IMG/VR virus record: IMGVR_UViG_3300022753_000048
Coordinates: 1-64,000 of that record
Reading direction: 5' to 3' (one strand)
DNA length: 64,000 nt
Origin: an uncultured virus (IMG/VR IMGVR_UViG_3300022753_000048)
Taxonomy: Duplodnaviria > Heunggongvirae > Uroviricota > Caudoviricetes
Below are positions 9,520-19,102 of this stretch, in pieces (within the stretch, counting starts at the first letter, position 1; the number at the start of each line of letters is the position of its first letter). The position numbers were made by a program, and so were the translations under genes. Under the pieces are notes generated by a model. It worked only from the letters and a program-made list of their open reading frames with translations. It was not told the DNA's origin and made no database searches.

Positions 9520-11034
9520 ATGAATTTTGCAACTGCTATGTATCGTGAAGGTACCCATAAGCTGACTGAAAATGGCGCTGCTGCCTATGATTCCACTGCA
9601 CAGGGTGCTCTGCTGGATCTGTTCTCTCAGATTGGCGCACTGCGTCCTCGTACTGATCGTGAAATCGAGCAGAAGTTTGCTGCTGCTTTCCGAGAGGATA
9701 AGCTGCTGGCAACCAAGATGCTGTTCTACTCCGGCGATATTCGCCAGGGTGGCCTGGGTGAGCGTCGTACCTTCCGCGTCTGCCTGCGCTGGCTGGCAGA
9801 AAACTATCCCGGAATCGTAAACAAGAACATTGAGCTGATTCCTTACTTCAACCGTTTCGACTCTTGGTTCGTTCTGTGCGGCACCAAGTGCGAAAAGCTG
9901 ATGTGGGAAAATGTCGCTAAGACTCTGGCTGCTGATATGAAGGCTTACAACGCCTCTACTGCTACCAAGGTTGTTCCTGTTTCCCTGCTGGCAAAGTGGA
10001 TGCCTTCTGAGAACACTTCCTCTGTGAAGACTCGTCAGATGGCTACTAAGGCTATGCGTGCCCTGCACCTAGAGCCTCGTAAGTATCGTAAGATGCTGTC
10101 CGCGCTGCGTAAGCACATCAATGTTGTTGAGCGTCAGATGTCCGCTGGCGAGTGGGGTCTGATTGATTACGCTAAGGTTCCTTCTTACGCAATGCACAAC
10201 TACGGTTCTGCATTTGCTAAGCATGACCATGAGCGTTTTGACGCTTACCTGAAGAGCGTATCTAAGGGTGAGGTCAAGATTAACGCCGCTACTCTGTATC
10301 CTTACGACCTGGTCGAGAAGTATATGGGTAGAGGTTACAGCGGTCGTTGCTATGGTGACTGCATCATCAACGATAAGCTGGACGAGGTTGTTGAAGCTCA
10401 GTGGAAGGCTCTGCCTAACTATATTAATGAAGGACTGAATATTGTCGCTATGGCTGATGTGAGTGGCTCTATGAGAGGGCGGCCTATGGCCTCTTCTATT
10501 GCCTTGGCCATCTATCTTGCACAGCATAATGTCGGAGCTTATCGCAATCAATACATGACTTTTACTGATAATCCTCATTTTATTAATCTGCGCGAAGGCT
10601 GCTCTCTTCTTGAGGCAGTGCAAAAAACTGCAAGCGCAGGAGTTGGATATAGCACTAATCTAATGAAGGGTATGCAGGAAATTTTGCGTGTTGCCATTGC
10701 AAATCGAGTTCCTAAGAATGAAATGCCTAAGGCTTTGTTGGTACTGAGCGATATGGAGATTGACTCTTATTTTAGACCCAACGCTCGATTTGATTTTATG
10801 GATACTCTAGAAACTAAGTTCCGTGCGGCTGGATACGAATGTCCCAAGTTAATTCTTTGGAATATTAATGCGCGGAATGACACCTTTCTCTCTAATAGAG
10901 AAGATGTTATTTTGGTATCTGGTCAGTCTGCCTCTACATTTAAGAATCTTGTGAGGGCCTTAAATGGTATGACTGCATATGATTATATGGTTTCCATTTT
11001 GAATGGAAAGGCGTACGAGAAAATTCGTATTTAA
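9520..11034 (+). CDS. DUF2828 / TROVE(Ro60)-like protein with C-terminal vWA domain
   Basis: TENGA, LLDLF, DIRQGGLGERRTFR, AKWMPSE, LYPYDLV, the MIDAS motif DVSGSM, SDMEID and WNIN. Confidence 0.85.
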   Translation: MNFATAMYREGTHKLTENGAAAYDSTAQGALLDLFSQIGALRPRTDREIEQKFAAAFREDKLLATKMLFYSGDIRQGGLGERRTFRVCLRWLAENYPGIVNKNIELIPYFNRFDSWFVLCGTKCEKLMWENVAKTLAADMKAYNASTATKVVPVSLLAKWMPSENTSSVKTRQMATKAMRALHLEPRKYRKMLSALRKHINVVERQMSAGEWGLIDYAKVPSYAMHNYGSAFAKHDHERFDAYLKSVSKGEVKINAATLYPYDLVEKYMGRGYSGRCYGDCIINDKLDEVVEAQWKALPNYINEGLNIVAMADVSGSMRGRPMASSIALAIYLAQHNVGAYRNQYMTFTDNPHFINLREGCSLLEAVQKTASAGVGYSTNLMKGMQEILRVAIANRVPKNEMPKALLVLSDMEIDSYFRPNARFDFMDTLETKFRAAGYECPKLILWNINARNDTFLSNREDVILVSGQSASTFKNLVRALNGMTAYDYMVSILNGKAYEKIRI

Positions 11035-11109
11035 AAATTTTACTTAAATAATATACTCTCCGGTCTTTCTTTCTACTTATAAGTAGAAAGAAAGACCGGA
11101 GGCATTTTA

Positions 11110-11934
11110 ATGGCTTTTATATATAAAATTATAAATGATATAAATGACAAAGTTTATGTTGGTGAAACGGCAATCGGGATAGAACATCGCTGGATTAAAC
11201 ATATTCAAGATCTTTATAAAAGAAATTTTAAATTACAATTAGCAATGCGAAAGTACGGGATAGAACATTTTCAGATTAAACAAATTGAAGAATGTGATTT
11301 TGCTAATCGTTTTGAAAGAGAAAAATTTTGGATTGCTTATTATGATTCTTACCACAATGGATATAATTCTACATTAGGCGGAGAAGGTGCGACCAAGTAT
11401 AACTACGATGAAGTGTATTAGTTGTGGCTTGATGGGAAAACTCCATAGGAGTTGAGTAAAATTACTGGCGCTAGCGATGGAACAATTCAAAATATATTAC
11501 GCGCAAATTCTGTTAGTCACAAAGAAATTCATAATAGAATACACGCCAAACCAGTGATTTAGTTTTCAAAAGAAGGCGATTTTATACAAATTTTTGAATC
11601 TGCTTCGGAAGCAGGTAGGGCTACAGGGCAGACAAATGGCTCTAATATTATTGCCTGTTGTAACGGTAAATTAAAAAGTAGCAGTGGTTATATTTGGAAA
11701 TATGTAGAAGATGAAACGCCAATAGAAGATTATCTATTAACTAAAGAGAGGAAAACTACTGGCAAAAAAGTTACGTAGTTTGATTTAAATAATAATTTTT
11801 TGGCAGAATTTCCAAGTTGCGAGGCTGCCGCGAGAGAGTTAGGAGTAAGCAGTGGTACTCCAATAAATAGATGCGCTAGGGGCGAAAGAAAGACAGCATA
11901 TGGTTACAAATGGAAATACAAGGGAGAGGAGTAA
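11110..11934 (+). CDS. GIY-YIG/NUMOD1 homing endonuclease (TAG=Gln)
   Basis: MAFIYKIIND...VYVGET...GYNSTLGG; continues through TAGs to KTAYGYKWKYKGEE-TAA. Confidence 0.88.
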
Positions 11935-12003
11935 TTCTCTCCCAATTTTTGATTTTTATGAAAATTTGTGATATAATATAAGAAAATGAAAAGGAATGAT
12001 TTA

Positions 12004-12540
12004 ATGAAAGAACCTAAGATTTTTCTTATTGGCGACTTGCACTTCAATCATCGAAACATTATCAAATATTGTAGTCGCCCCTTTAATAGCGTAGAAGATA
12101 TGAATAAGCAACTTATTAAAAATTGGAATTCTGTCGTTGGCAAGAATGATATTGTTTATGTAGTTGGTGACTTTGCGCTGTGCGGTAAACAAAAAATTAT
12201 TGAGATTGGTCAGCGCCTGAATGGACGTAAGCGTCTTGTTTTGGGAAATCATGACCAGGCTTCTATTGAAACTTATAGGGCTGCTGGTTTTGAGTTTGTG
12301 TATAATCATCATATTGTGCTTGATGATTTTTTTATTGTGTCTCATGCACCATTGGTGGGTATTTCTGAAAACTCTCCTTTTGCAAATATTTTTGCACACG
12401 TTCATAATGACCCCACTTATAAAGATTTTAGTTGCCGTAGCTTTTGCGTAAGCGCAGAGCGAATTAATTATACTCCTGTGTGGTTTGAAGTTGTCAAAGA
12501 AACTATTAAAGCGGCGGAGGGAATAAAATGGCTAGAGTAA
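12004..12540 (+). CDS. calcineurin-like metallophosphoesterase
   Basis: GDLHFNH, VGDF, GNHD, SHAP and AHVH motifs. Confidence 0.9.
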   Translation: MKEPKIFLIGDLHFNHRNIIKYCSRPFNSVEDMNKQLIKNWNSVVGKNDIVYVVGDFALCGKQKIIEIGQRLNGRKRLVLGNHDQASIETYRAAGFEFVYNHHIVLDDFFIVSHAPLVGISENSPFANIFAHVHNDPTYKDFSCRSFCVSAERINYTPVWFEVVKETIKAAEGIKWLE

Positions 12541-12827
12541 CAAGTGAAGATATTCTTCGTATGAATGAAATTTACTATAAGACTCGAGTATTTGCAGAGG
12601 TCGCGCGCCAGACAGGTTTTTCTGCTTCTACTGTGCGTAAATATGTTGATACAAAATGGACTCCTGTGGTATCTGAAGAGATTATTACCTTTAATATGAA
12701 GGATATTCCCGACTTTAAGGAAGCAGTAAAGTGTTTCCGAGGAGTAGATAATTACGGAGATTTATGTGTTCTTTCAGAACAAGAAAAAGAAGAAATAAAA
12801 GAACTATGGAAGGAGCTGGCAGTATGA
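12528..12827 (+). CDS. HTH-containing hypothetical protein
   Basis: FAEVARQTGFSASTVRKY helix-turn-helix. Confidence 0.65.
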   Translation: MARVTSEDILRMNEIYYKTRVFAEVARQTGFSASTVRKYVDTKWTPVVSEEIITFNMKDIPDFKEAVKCFRGVDNYGDLCVLSEQEKEEIKELWKELAV

Positions 12828-13207
12828 TAAAAGTAAAATGTTTTATGCGCGATGAGTCTGCTGCTCATCCTGGTAAGTGGAGAATTGTCCCTGTCCACGA
12901 TAATTTTCATTTGGGCGAAACCACCGGCAGTTACAATGTTATCTGTGCGCGCCTTTTGGGGTTAACTTATGCTCAATATTTAAGAATGTGTCGAGACTGT
13001 TTTGGCGCGGAAATTATTGGTAAGGGTTCAATGTATCCTGTTGCATATTTTAAGCGTTCTACAGAGCTAGATGCGCTGATAGAATTTTTGAATGTTCAAG
13101 CAAGTTTAGTTCTATGGGAACGTGAGCATCCAGATTTTGAAGGACACGCTGAGTATGTAAAAGAAAATAGTCCTAATTATTACAAGGCGGTGACTGGTAA
13201 TGAATGA
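12824..13207 (+). CDS. hypothetical protein
   Basis: ORF coupled to its neighbours by overlapping start and stop codons. Confidence 0.65.
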   Translation: MIKVKCFMRDESAAHPGKWRIVPVHDNFHLGETTGSYNVICARLLGLTYAQYLRMCRDCFGAEIIGKGSMYPVAYFKRSTELDALIEFLNVQASLVLWEREHPDFEGHAEYVKENSPNYYKAVTGNE

Positions 13208-13877
13208 TTTTGTTGGATGTAGCAATTATTATAATTGTCAAAACATTCAAGACAGTCAGTACATCGTAAATAGCAATGATGTTGATTTTTCCAGTTTTGT
13301 CCATGATAGCACTGGAATTTCCCATAGTACAGATGTATTTAAATCTGATGACGTAACTAATTCTTTGCAAATTTTTGAGAGTCAATTTGTATATTCTAGC
13401 GAAAAGATTTTTGGTTCTACAAGTGTAGAAGATAGTCACAATGTTCTTATCAGTAAGGGCGTCTATAACTCTTGCAATATTTATGCTTGTACTAATGTTA
13501 TTGCAAGTGGAGAACTTCGATTCTGTGAAGATATTACTGCTTCAAACTTTTGTGTTGATAGCAAGAGCTTAAAGAATTGTTTGTTTTGTCATGAGTTAAA
13601 TGGTAAAGAATATTATATTTTTAACAAACCCGTAGACAAAGAACGTTTTGAGGTTGTTTTAAAACAATATCAGCGCATCATGGGTGGGTTGAATTTAGAT
13701 TATATGAGGGAGCCCTGGCCGGAATCTATGCTTATTCCTAGTCTACCAAGTCCATTCTCTTATTTCAATAAGCATTATCTGCAACTTCCAGATAAATTCT
13801 GGAGATGGGTACAAACAGTACCTGGTTATGACGCAGATTTACTTTATAAAATGACCTTAAATTTTGATTTACTTTAA
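13200..13877 (+). CDS. hypothetical protein with Ser/Cys-rich hexapeptide-like (beta-helix) repeats
   Basis: Repeating S..V..S pattern, then NCLFC...YYIFNK.V..E.F. Confidence 0.65.
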   Translation: MNDFVGCSNYYNCQNIQDSQYIVNSNDVDFSSFVHDSTGISHSTDVFKSDDVTNSLQIFESQFVYSSEKIFGSTSVEDSHNVLISKGVYNSCNIYACTNVIASGELRFCEDITASNFCVDSKSLKNCLFCHELNGKEYYIFNKPVDKERFEVVLKQYQRIMGGLNLDYMREPWPESMLIPSLPSPFSYFNKHYLQLPDKFWRWVQTVPGYDADLLYKMTLNFDLL

Positions 13878-13951
13878 GGCACAAAAAAATATATCAAAAT
13901 TTTTTACTTTCTACTTAGAATCAGAAGAAATTAACCCAAGGAGGATTTACA

Positions 13952-14407
13952 ATGGGATTTGCTAATCAAGTTAAAGTGACAGCTAAATTATTGAATTGTC
14001 GCTTATAGCCATCTATGTCTGCCCAAATTCTAGGCACAATTAAGATGGATGAAGTTCATAATGTTGTTGCTGAGCAAAATGGTTGGGGCCAATTGGAAAA
14101 TGGTTCTTGGATTAACTTAAAGTTTACTGTTCCGCATGAACACAAGGAAACTACGGAGATACCAGAAATTTTTGTGACAGGTATGAGTATTGTTGGTGAA
14201 GAACAGCCAGAAGTTTCTTCTGTAATTACTACATCTACAAGTGACATTACTTTGCACAAAGTAAAGAAGAGGGAATCTCTGTGGGATATAGCAGAACACT
14301 ATTACGGAGTAGGTAATGGTAATCGGTACGTAGAAATCAAAGAGTTTAACAAGTTAAAGTCTGATATTCTGCGCGCCGGTATGATTCTGAAAATTCCCAA
14401 TGTCTAA
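13952..14407 (+). CDS. SH3b + LysM cell-wall-binding protein (one TAG)
   Basis: VTAKLLNCRL*PSMSAQILG...WGQL...WINL (SH3b) and HKVKKRESLWDIAEHYYG...LKIP (LysM). Confidence 0.85.
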
Positions 14408-14491
14408 GTGTAAATGTTATAGGAGCAGTTCGCAAAGAATTGCTCCTTTATTTTTTGACTTTTTTAAAAATTTAATATATAATATATATAC

Positions 14492-14674
14492 AAGGTGAGC
14501 GGAGAGGAACGGTCGGCCGAATGTGGTGGCCAACCTTTTGGCTCTAGTGAATGGTAAGGGTACAGCTCGCCCCTTTAAATAGTAACATTAACCCCAGCGT
14601 CCGCAGGAACACCTTGCTGGGCCCGCAAGCCTGGGATAAGTCTGGTAATGCAGATGTGAGAGCCTTTCACCCTT
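14492..14674 (+). ncRNA. candidate ~180-nt structured ncRNA
   Basis: Has its own early promoter, is GC-richer than its flanks, has no ORF, and its ends AAGGTGA/TCACCCTT can pair. Confidence 0.4.
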
Positions 14675-14719
14675 GAAAATTTGAAAAATTCTTAAATTTT
14701 TGATATAATATTTATACAA

Positions 14720-15140
14720 GGTCGGGAGAGCTAAGAAACTTTCTTCCTTTCAATTCTTAGTGCCTCTCCCGATCGAAGCGGTAAATACACCTGGCCATTT
14801 CTCTAAGTGGCTAGTCCGTAGGTCAAGTCGGGATAAAGTATGAGACCAGCTTTAACAATCGTAGATGAGTAGATGCATATACTTGTCTAAGTCCATACGC
14901 CACAAGGTACGTGGTCGGTCTAAGCGCCGATACAACAAACGTCAGCCTGGGAGTCATGACCCGGGGAACAATATCATAAATCTGCGGGAGCTGGCGAGAA
15001 GAGAAGTGCAATGGCTATTGTTAAGGAATATCCCTAGTTGAAATACTAGGCGAATAACCGGCGAGATTGGTGTATGAGCAACTATGCTTGAATGGTGACT
15101 TGGCCAAATAGTCAGGAGTGGCGCCCTGTTCAAAAACGCC
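14720..15140 (+). ncRNA. candidate structured ncRNA/leader of the tRNA operon
   Basis: Non-coding with several hairpins, downstream of an early promoter. Confidence 0.35.
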
Positions 15141-15145
15141 AAAAT

Positions 15146-15221
15146 GGCCTCGTAGTCCAACGGCAGAGACAGAGGACTTAAAATCCTTCCAGTATGGGTT
15201 CGAATCCCATCGGGGCTACCA
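15146..15221 (+). tRNA. tRNA-Leu(TAA), short variable arm
   Basis: Cloverleaf, loop CTTAAAA, encoded CCA. Confidence 0.9.
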
Positions 15222-15223
15222 TA

Positions 15224-15292
15224 AGACACTCACAGCAAATGTAACATACTGGAAAAATTAGACTGTAAATCTGATAAGTATTATGTGTCTAG
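15224..15292 (+). ncRNA. Y-RNA-like copy 2, cargo = Tyr(GTA) anticodon stem-loop
   Basis: AGACAC-tca-CAGCAA...TTAGA-CTGTAAA-TCTGA...GTGTCT-AG. Confidence 0.8.
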
Positions 15293-15305
15293 AATTGTTT
15301 GATAT

Positions 15306-15380
15306 GGCTTCGTAGCTCAGAGGCAGAGCAACAGACTGTTAATCTGTAGGTCGAGATATCGTAATTCTCCGGGGCCTCCA
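15306..15380 (+). tRNA. tRNA-Asn(GTT)
   Basis: Cloverleaf, loop CTGTTAA, atypical T-loop, CCA. Confidence 0.88.
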
Positions 15381-15441
15381 TAAAGTAACCGCTACACGAG
15401 TTCACCCGAGAACCAAGGGTTATATAGGTAGCACCCCATAT

Positions 15442-15516
15442 TGGGGTGTCGTTCAAAGGCCAGGACCGCGGTCTCTAAAACCGCAGATGTGAGTTCGATT
15501 CTCACCGCCCCCGCCA
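15442..15516 (+). tRNA. amber suppressor tRNA (anticodon CTA)
   Basis: Anticodon arm GCGGT-CTCTAAA-ACCGC, T-arm GTGAG-TTCGATT-CTCAC, G73 and CCA. Confidence 0.93.
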
Positions 15517-15517
15517 C

Positions 15518-15581
15518 AGACGCACACAGCAAACTTTTCAAGGAACAATCTGCTAAATTGTCAAACTTATATTGCGTCTAG
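15518..15581 (+). ncRNA. Y-RNA-like copy 3, cargo = Ser(GCT) anticodon stem-loop
   Basis: AGACGC-aca-CAGCAA...ACAAT-CTGCTAA-ATTGT...GCGTCT-AG. Confidence 0.8.
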
Positions 15582-15672
15582 TTAAATTTTTAGACTGAAA
15601 TTTGGACTGGAAAATTGTACTATTTTCTTTGTAATTCTACTTATATTTAGAAACAAAGAGGAGGAATTTTTA

Positions 15673-16161
15673 ATGTCTGAATTAAAAAAGTGTACCAAAT
15701 GTCAAAGAGAATTGCCTTTGGATAATTTTCGTTGGAAGAATAAAGCTGAGGGCAGAAAACACGCTCAATGTAAAGAATGTCAAAGAGCACAAGAGAGATA
15801 GCATTATCAAGAAAGTTTGATGCGACGTGAAAGTGTCAAAGCAACCGCGGCCACTCAAAAAAGTTCCAATATAGCGGTAGTTGAAGAAGCTAAGAAGTGT
15901 GGTTGTTTAAAATGTGGTGAAAAAAGAAGTTATGTTTTAGACTTTCACCATCGAGATAATAGCCAAAAAGTAGACACTATTAATCATATGTTAAAATCTG
16001 CTTCTTTAAAGACAATTCAAGCTGAACTTGAAAAATGCGATGTTCTATGTGCTAATTGTCATAGAGAATTTCACTATCTAAATTTACATGAGCAAGTAAC
16101 TTATGAAGATTATATTCGGGGCAGTAGCTCAGCAGGTAGTAGCATTAGACTGAAAATCTAA
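15673..16161 (+). CDS. HNH endonuclease with N-terminal zinc finger (one TAG); 3' end overlaps tRNA-Phe
   Basis: CTKC...CKEC, C.KCG, LDFHH and LCANCHREFH. Confidence 0.85.
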
Positions 16162-16194
16162 GTGTCGCTGGTTCAATTCCGGCCTGTCCCACCA
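16118..16194 (+). tRNA. tRNA-Phe(GAA)
   Basis: Cloverleaf, loop CTGAAAA, CCA. Confidence 0.9.
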
Positions 16195-16925
16195 GGACCA
16201 GTTGGCTTTAAAAGGTTCGTAATTTAAACCAACCATCGCCGTGGATGATAAAGCACGGCTCTTACCAAGTGAGAAATACTTGGGTGCGTCGGCTACAAGA
16301 TAGACCGAGGCGACCGTGAAGCAACGTATTCGATTGGTTTGAGTGCGTTTGTGGAGTCTATTTAGGGTTATTGGTTCATATCCACAGACCAATTAGGCGG
16401 AATGGTTTGATAATTCCGCTGAAAGAAAATTGAACTGCGGCAAGATGCCCAAGCCGCGACGTAAGGCATACCTTGAAAGTGCCTAGGGTGAAATGAGTGA
16501 GCTTGAGGGTAGCTTCGAATATCCTCCACCCGAAAATCAGAGAAAGCAGTCCTGCAAGACGAGAAGAGCTTGCTGGTCAAGACGGCGCCGAAAGTAATAA
16601 GGCGACCCGCGCCCAGTAGTGAAAGAGCTGGCGCTAGTAAGAGTGGAATTTATATAATAGGACACCGATAAGAGTTTTTAAAGTTTCTGGAGCCACTGCC
16701 GCACAATGGTCTTACTGCCTTGCTCGGTTGAAATGCGGTCTGGTGAAGGGTAAACACATAGATGAAGTTTTTGGCAGTAAAACGGCCTTGGCGTGGTTGG
16801 CAAGGAGTGGCAACGCAGACCAACTCGATAGAACTAAGCACATGACAATGGATAGTGAAAATCTATCATAGAGCGTCTAGGCGTTGAGGGTATTGAAAAA
16901 CGAACGCAAAATGGAATCTATGTTT
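16195..16925 (+). ncRNA. large (~700 nt) structured ncRNA candidate (ROOL/GOLLD size class)
   Basis: No credible ORF, elevated GC, many GNRA-capped hairpins, bracketed by tRNAs. Confidence 0.55.
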
Positions 16926-16929
16926 TTAT

Positions 16930-17006
16930 GCACGATTAGCTCAGCTGGTTAGAGCATTTGCCTTACAAGCAAGGGGTCACAGGTTCGAATCCTGTATTGT
17001 GCACCA
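16930..17006 (+). tRNA. tRNA-Val(TAC)
   Basis: Cloverleaf, loop CTTACAA, CCA. Confidence 0.92.
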
Positions 17007-17140
17007 GCATCCCAGGGTCAGCTCCCATGGCTGGCAGGAGCGCCAGCGGCCCTGGGGTAAACACCAAATCAAGGGAGAGTGATTCCAATGGCATTTAGGA
17101 TGGTTCTGTTCTAAATTCTCTCATAGGAGGTTTAGAACAA

Positions 17141-17452
17141 ATGAGCAGAAGTTACAAGAAGCACGCATATTGCGGAGATAAGAAAGATAAGGAACTCAAG
17201 AGATTGGCTAACCATAGAGTGCGTCAGTATCTCAAGAGAAATCCCAAAATAACTCTTAAACCTTCTCAATTCAAACATCTGTTTGAAAGTTGGGAAATTT
17301 GCGATTATGGTTGGCTTTGTGATTGGGAAGAGTATTGGCAACGTCAATATGATTGGTTTTACTGTGACCATTATAGACGTTGGCATCATGATGCTCCTCC
17401 AGACCCCAAAGAAGAGTACCGTACTTGGTATCACTATTACAAAATGAAGTGA
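17141..17452 (+). CDS. small basic/aromatic hypothetical protein
   Basis: AGGAGG RBS; MSRSYKKH... Confidence 0.7.
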   Translation: MSRSYKKHAYCGDKKDKELKRLANHRVRQYLKRNPKITLKPSQFKHLFESWEICDYGWLCDWEEYWQRQYDWFYCDHYRRWHHDAPPDPKEEYRTWYHYYKMK

Positions 17453-17500
17453 TTTACTTCTTAGGTCAGCCCGTTAGACCTTAAAAATGGCGGGGCACCT

Positions 17501-17577
17501 GGTGTCGGTAGTTCAATAGGTAGAACCCTGGATTGTGGTTCCAGTAGTTGCGAGTTCGATTCTCGTCCTTCACCCCA
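17501..17577 (+). tRNA. tRNA-His(GTG)
   Basis: G-1/C73, loop TTGTGGT, two acceptor-stem mismatches. Confidence 0.85.
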
Positions 17578-17579
17578 AT

Positions 17580-17667
17580 GGAAGAATGGCCGAGTGGCCG
17601 ATGGCACCATCTTGGAAAGGTGGCGAACTGAAAGGTTCCGTGGGTTCGAATCCCACTTCTTCCTCCA
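17580..17667 (+). tRNA. tRNA-Ser(GGA)
   Basis: Long variable arm, loop TTGGAAA, CCA. Confidence 0.92.
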
Positions 17668-17750
17668 TAGTATTCCAAAAATTTTACTCTTGGTTCAATT
17701 TTATGTATTTTATAAATTGAAACCCTACTTATAATTAGAAGGTGATAAGA

Positions 17751-18485
17751 ATGGTTGGAATTTATAAAATTACAAATAAAATTACAGGGCAATGTTATAT
17801 AGGGCAGTCTATTGATATTTCTCGCAGATGGCGCGCTCATCGTCAAATGGCTAAAGAGCAAAGTTATAATGCTCCATTATATATTGCAATTAGAGAATAT
17901 GGAATAGATAATTTTGACTTTGAAGTTCTTGTGGAATGTTCTCATACCGAACTAAATAGTTTAGAAAAGTATTATATTGCGTTATATGATAGTTACAATA
18001 ATGGATATAATCAAACAATTGGTGGGGCGGGTACTTCAAATTGTTGCGTAAAAATTTCTACAGAATCATTGGTTGAAATTTATGATTTGCTTATAAATAC
18101 TGATATATCTTTAGGTAAAATTGCTGAAAGGTATAATGTTGGTATTGATACAATTAGTGAAATAAATACTGGAAAAACACGTATACAAGAAGATTATACT
18201 TATCCGCTTCGTAAAAAAGAACGGTTTTGTTTTTGCTGTGGTAAAAAATTAAAGCCTTCTCAAGATAAATATTGTTCTGTAGAATGTGTAAATAAAACAA
18301 ATCGAAGCAGAAGACCTTCACGAGAGGAATTAAAAAATCTTATCAGAAGCACTCCTTTTACCACAATTGGTAAAAAGTTTGGGGTATCTGATAATGCAAT
18401 TCGTAAATGGTGCATAGCAGAAAAATTGCCCTCAAAAATCAAAGAAATCAAACTTTATTCTGATGAAGAATGGAATAAAATTTAA
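17751..18485 (+). CDS. GIY-YIG homing endonuclease with HTH/zinc-ribbon C-terminus
   Basis: GIYKITNKITGQCYIGQS...GYNQTIGG. Confidence 0.9.
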   Translation: MVGIYKITNKITGQCYIGQSIDISRRWRAHRQMAKEQSYNAPLYIAIREYGIDNFDFEVLVECSHTELNSLEKYYIALYDSYNNGYNQTIGGAGTSNCCVKISTESLVEIYDLLINTDISLGKIAERYNVGIDTISEINTGKTRIQEDYTYPLRKKERFCFCCGKKLKPSQDKYCSVECVNKTNRSRRPSREELKNLIRSTPFTTIGKKFGVSDNAIRKWCIAEKLPSKIKEIKLYSDEEWNKI

Positions 18486-18488
18486 TAT

Positions 18489-18577
18489 GCGGGTGTCGCC
18501 TAGCGGTCGATGGCGCGAGTCTCCAAAACTCGTGTGCGTAAGCACCACGTGGGTTCGAATCCCAACCACCCGTGCCA
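18489..18577 (+). tRNA. tRNA with Trp anticodon (CCA) and class II long variable arm
   Basis: CGAGT-CTCCAAA-ACTCG, variable hairpin GTGC-GTAA-GCAC, G73. Confidence 0.85.
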
Positions 18578-18840
18578 GGTCTTGTAGTTTAAGAAGAAAA
18601 CGCCTGCTGGCTGGGAAATGTGTGGTGCTACCCACCCACACCAAGACCCCATTTTTAATTGAATGATGTATCAATCATTTCAAAGTGGTCAACAGTTAAT
18701 GGATTCTGTCGTTCCTTCACTCAAATGATGCGGTCACGCTTATGCGTAGATGTAGAGATTGATACATCATTGAGTTAAAAAATTTGATTTTTGCTCAATT
18801 TTAAAGTATAATATTTATACAATGAAGCGTAAGGCTTATT

Positions 18841-18916
18841 TAGACGGACACAGCAACTATATCTTTAAAGACAACATATAATTGGGGTTTATAAACGTAT
18901 CTTTTTATCCGTCTAG
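18841..18916 (+). ncRNA. Y-RNA-like copy 4, cargo = Pro(GGG) anticodon stem-loop
   Basis: AGACGG-aca-CAGCAA...TATAA-TTGGGGT-TTATA...CCGTCT-AG. Confidence 0.8.
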
Positions 18917-18946
18917 TTAATAAAAACCTTGAAAGGAGTAACTCTA

Positions 18947-19099
18947 ATGGGCAAGGAATATATGAAGAAAACCGGCGAAGAGCTTCAGCAGTATCTTCAG
19001 TTTAGACGTCGTGGCTCTAAGGTTGAAGCCAAAAAAGGTAAGGGCGCTGTCTACAATCGCGGACGCGAGAAAGATAAGGCGCGCAAGGAAGTTGAGTGA
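18947..19099 (+). CDS. ArfA-like alternative ribosome-rescue factor (50 aa, below the ORF-track cutoff)
   Basis: GAAAGGAG RBS; YLQFRRRGSKVEAKKGKGAVYNRGREK resembles the ArfA core [21 protein letters not shown]. Confidence 0.65.
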   Translation: MGKEYMKKTGEELQQYLQFRRRGSKVEAKKGKGAVYNRGREKDKARKEVE

Positions 19100-19102
19100 T
19101 AT

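Noticed and set aside
16871..16880. GCGTCTAG as an eleventh scaffold copy
   Set aside because: No matching AGACGC-NNN-CAGCAA arm upstream
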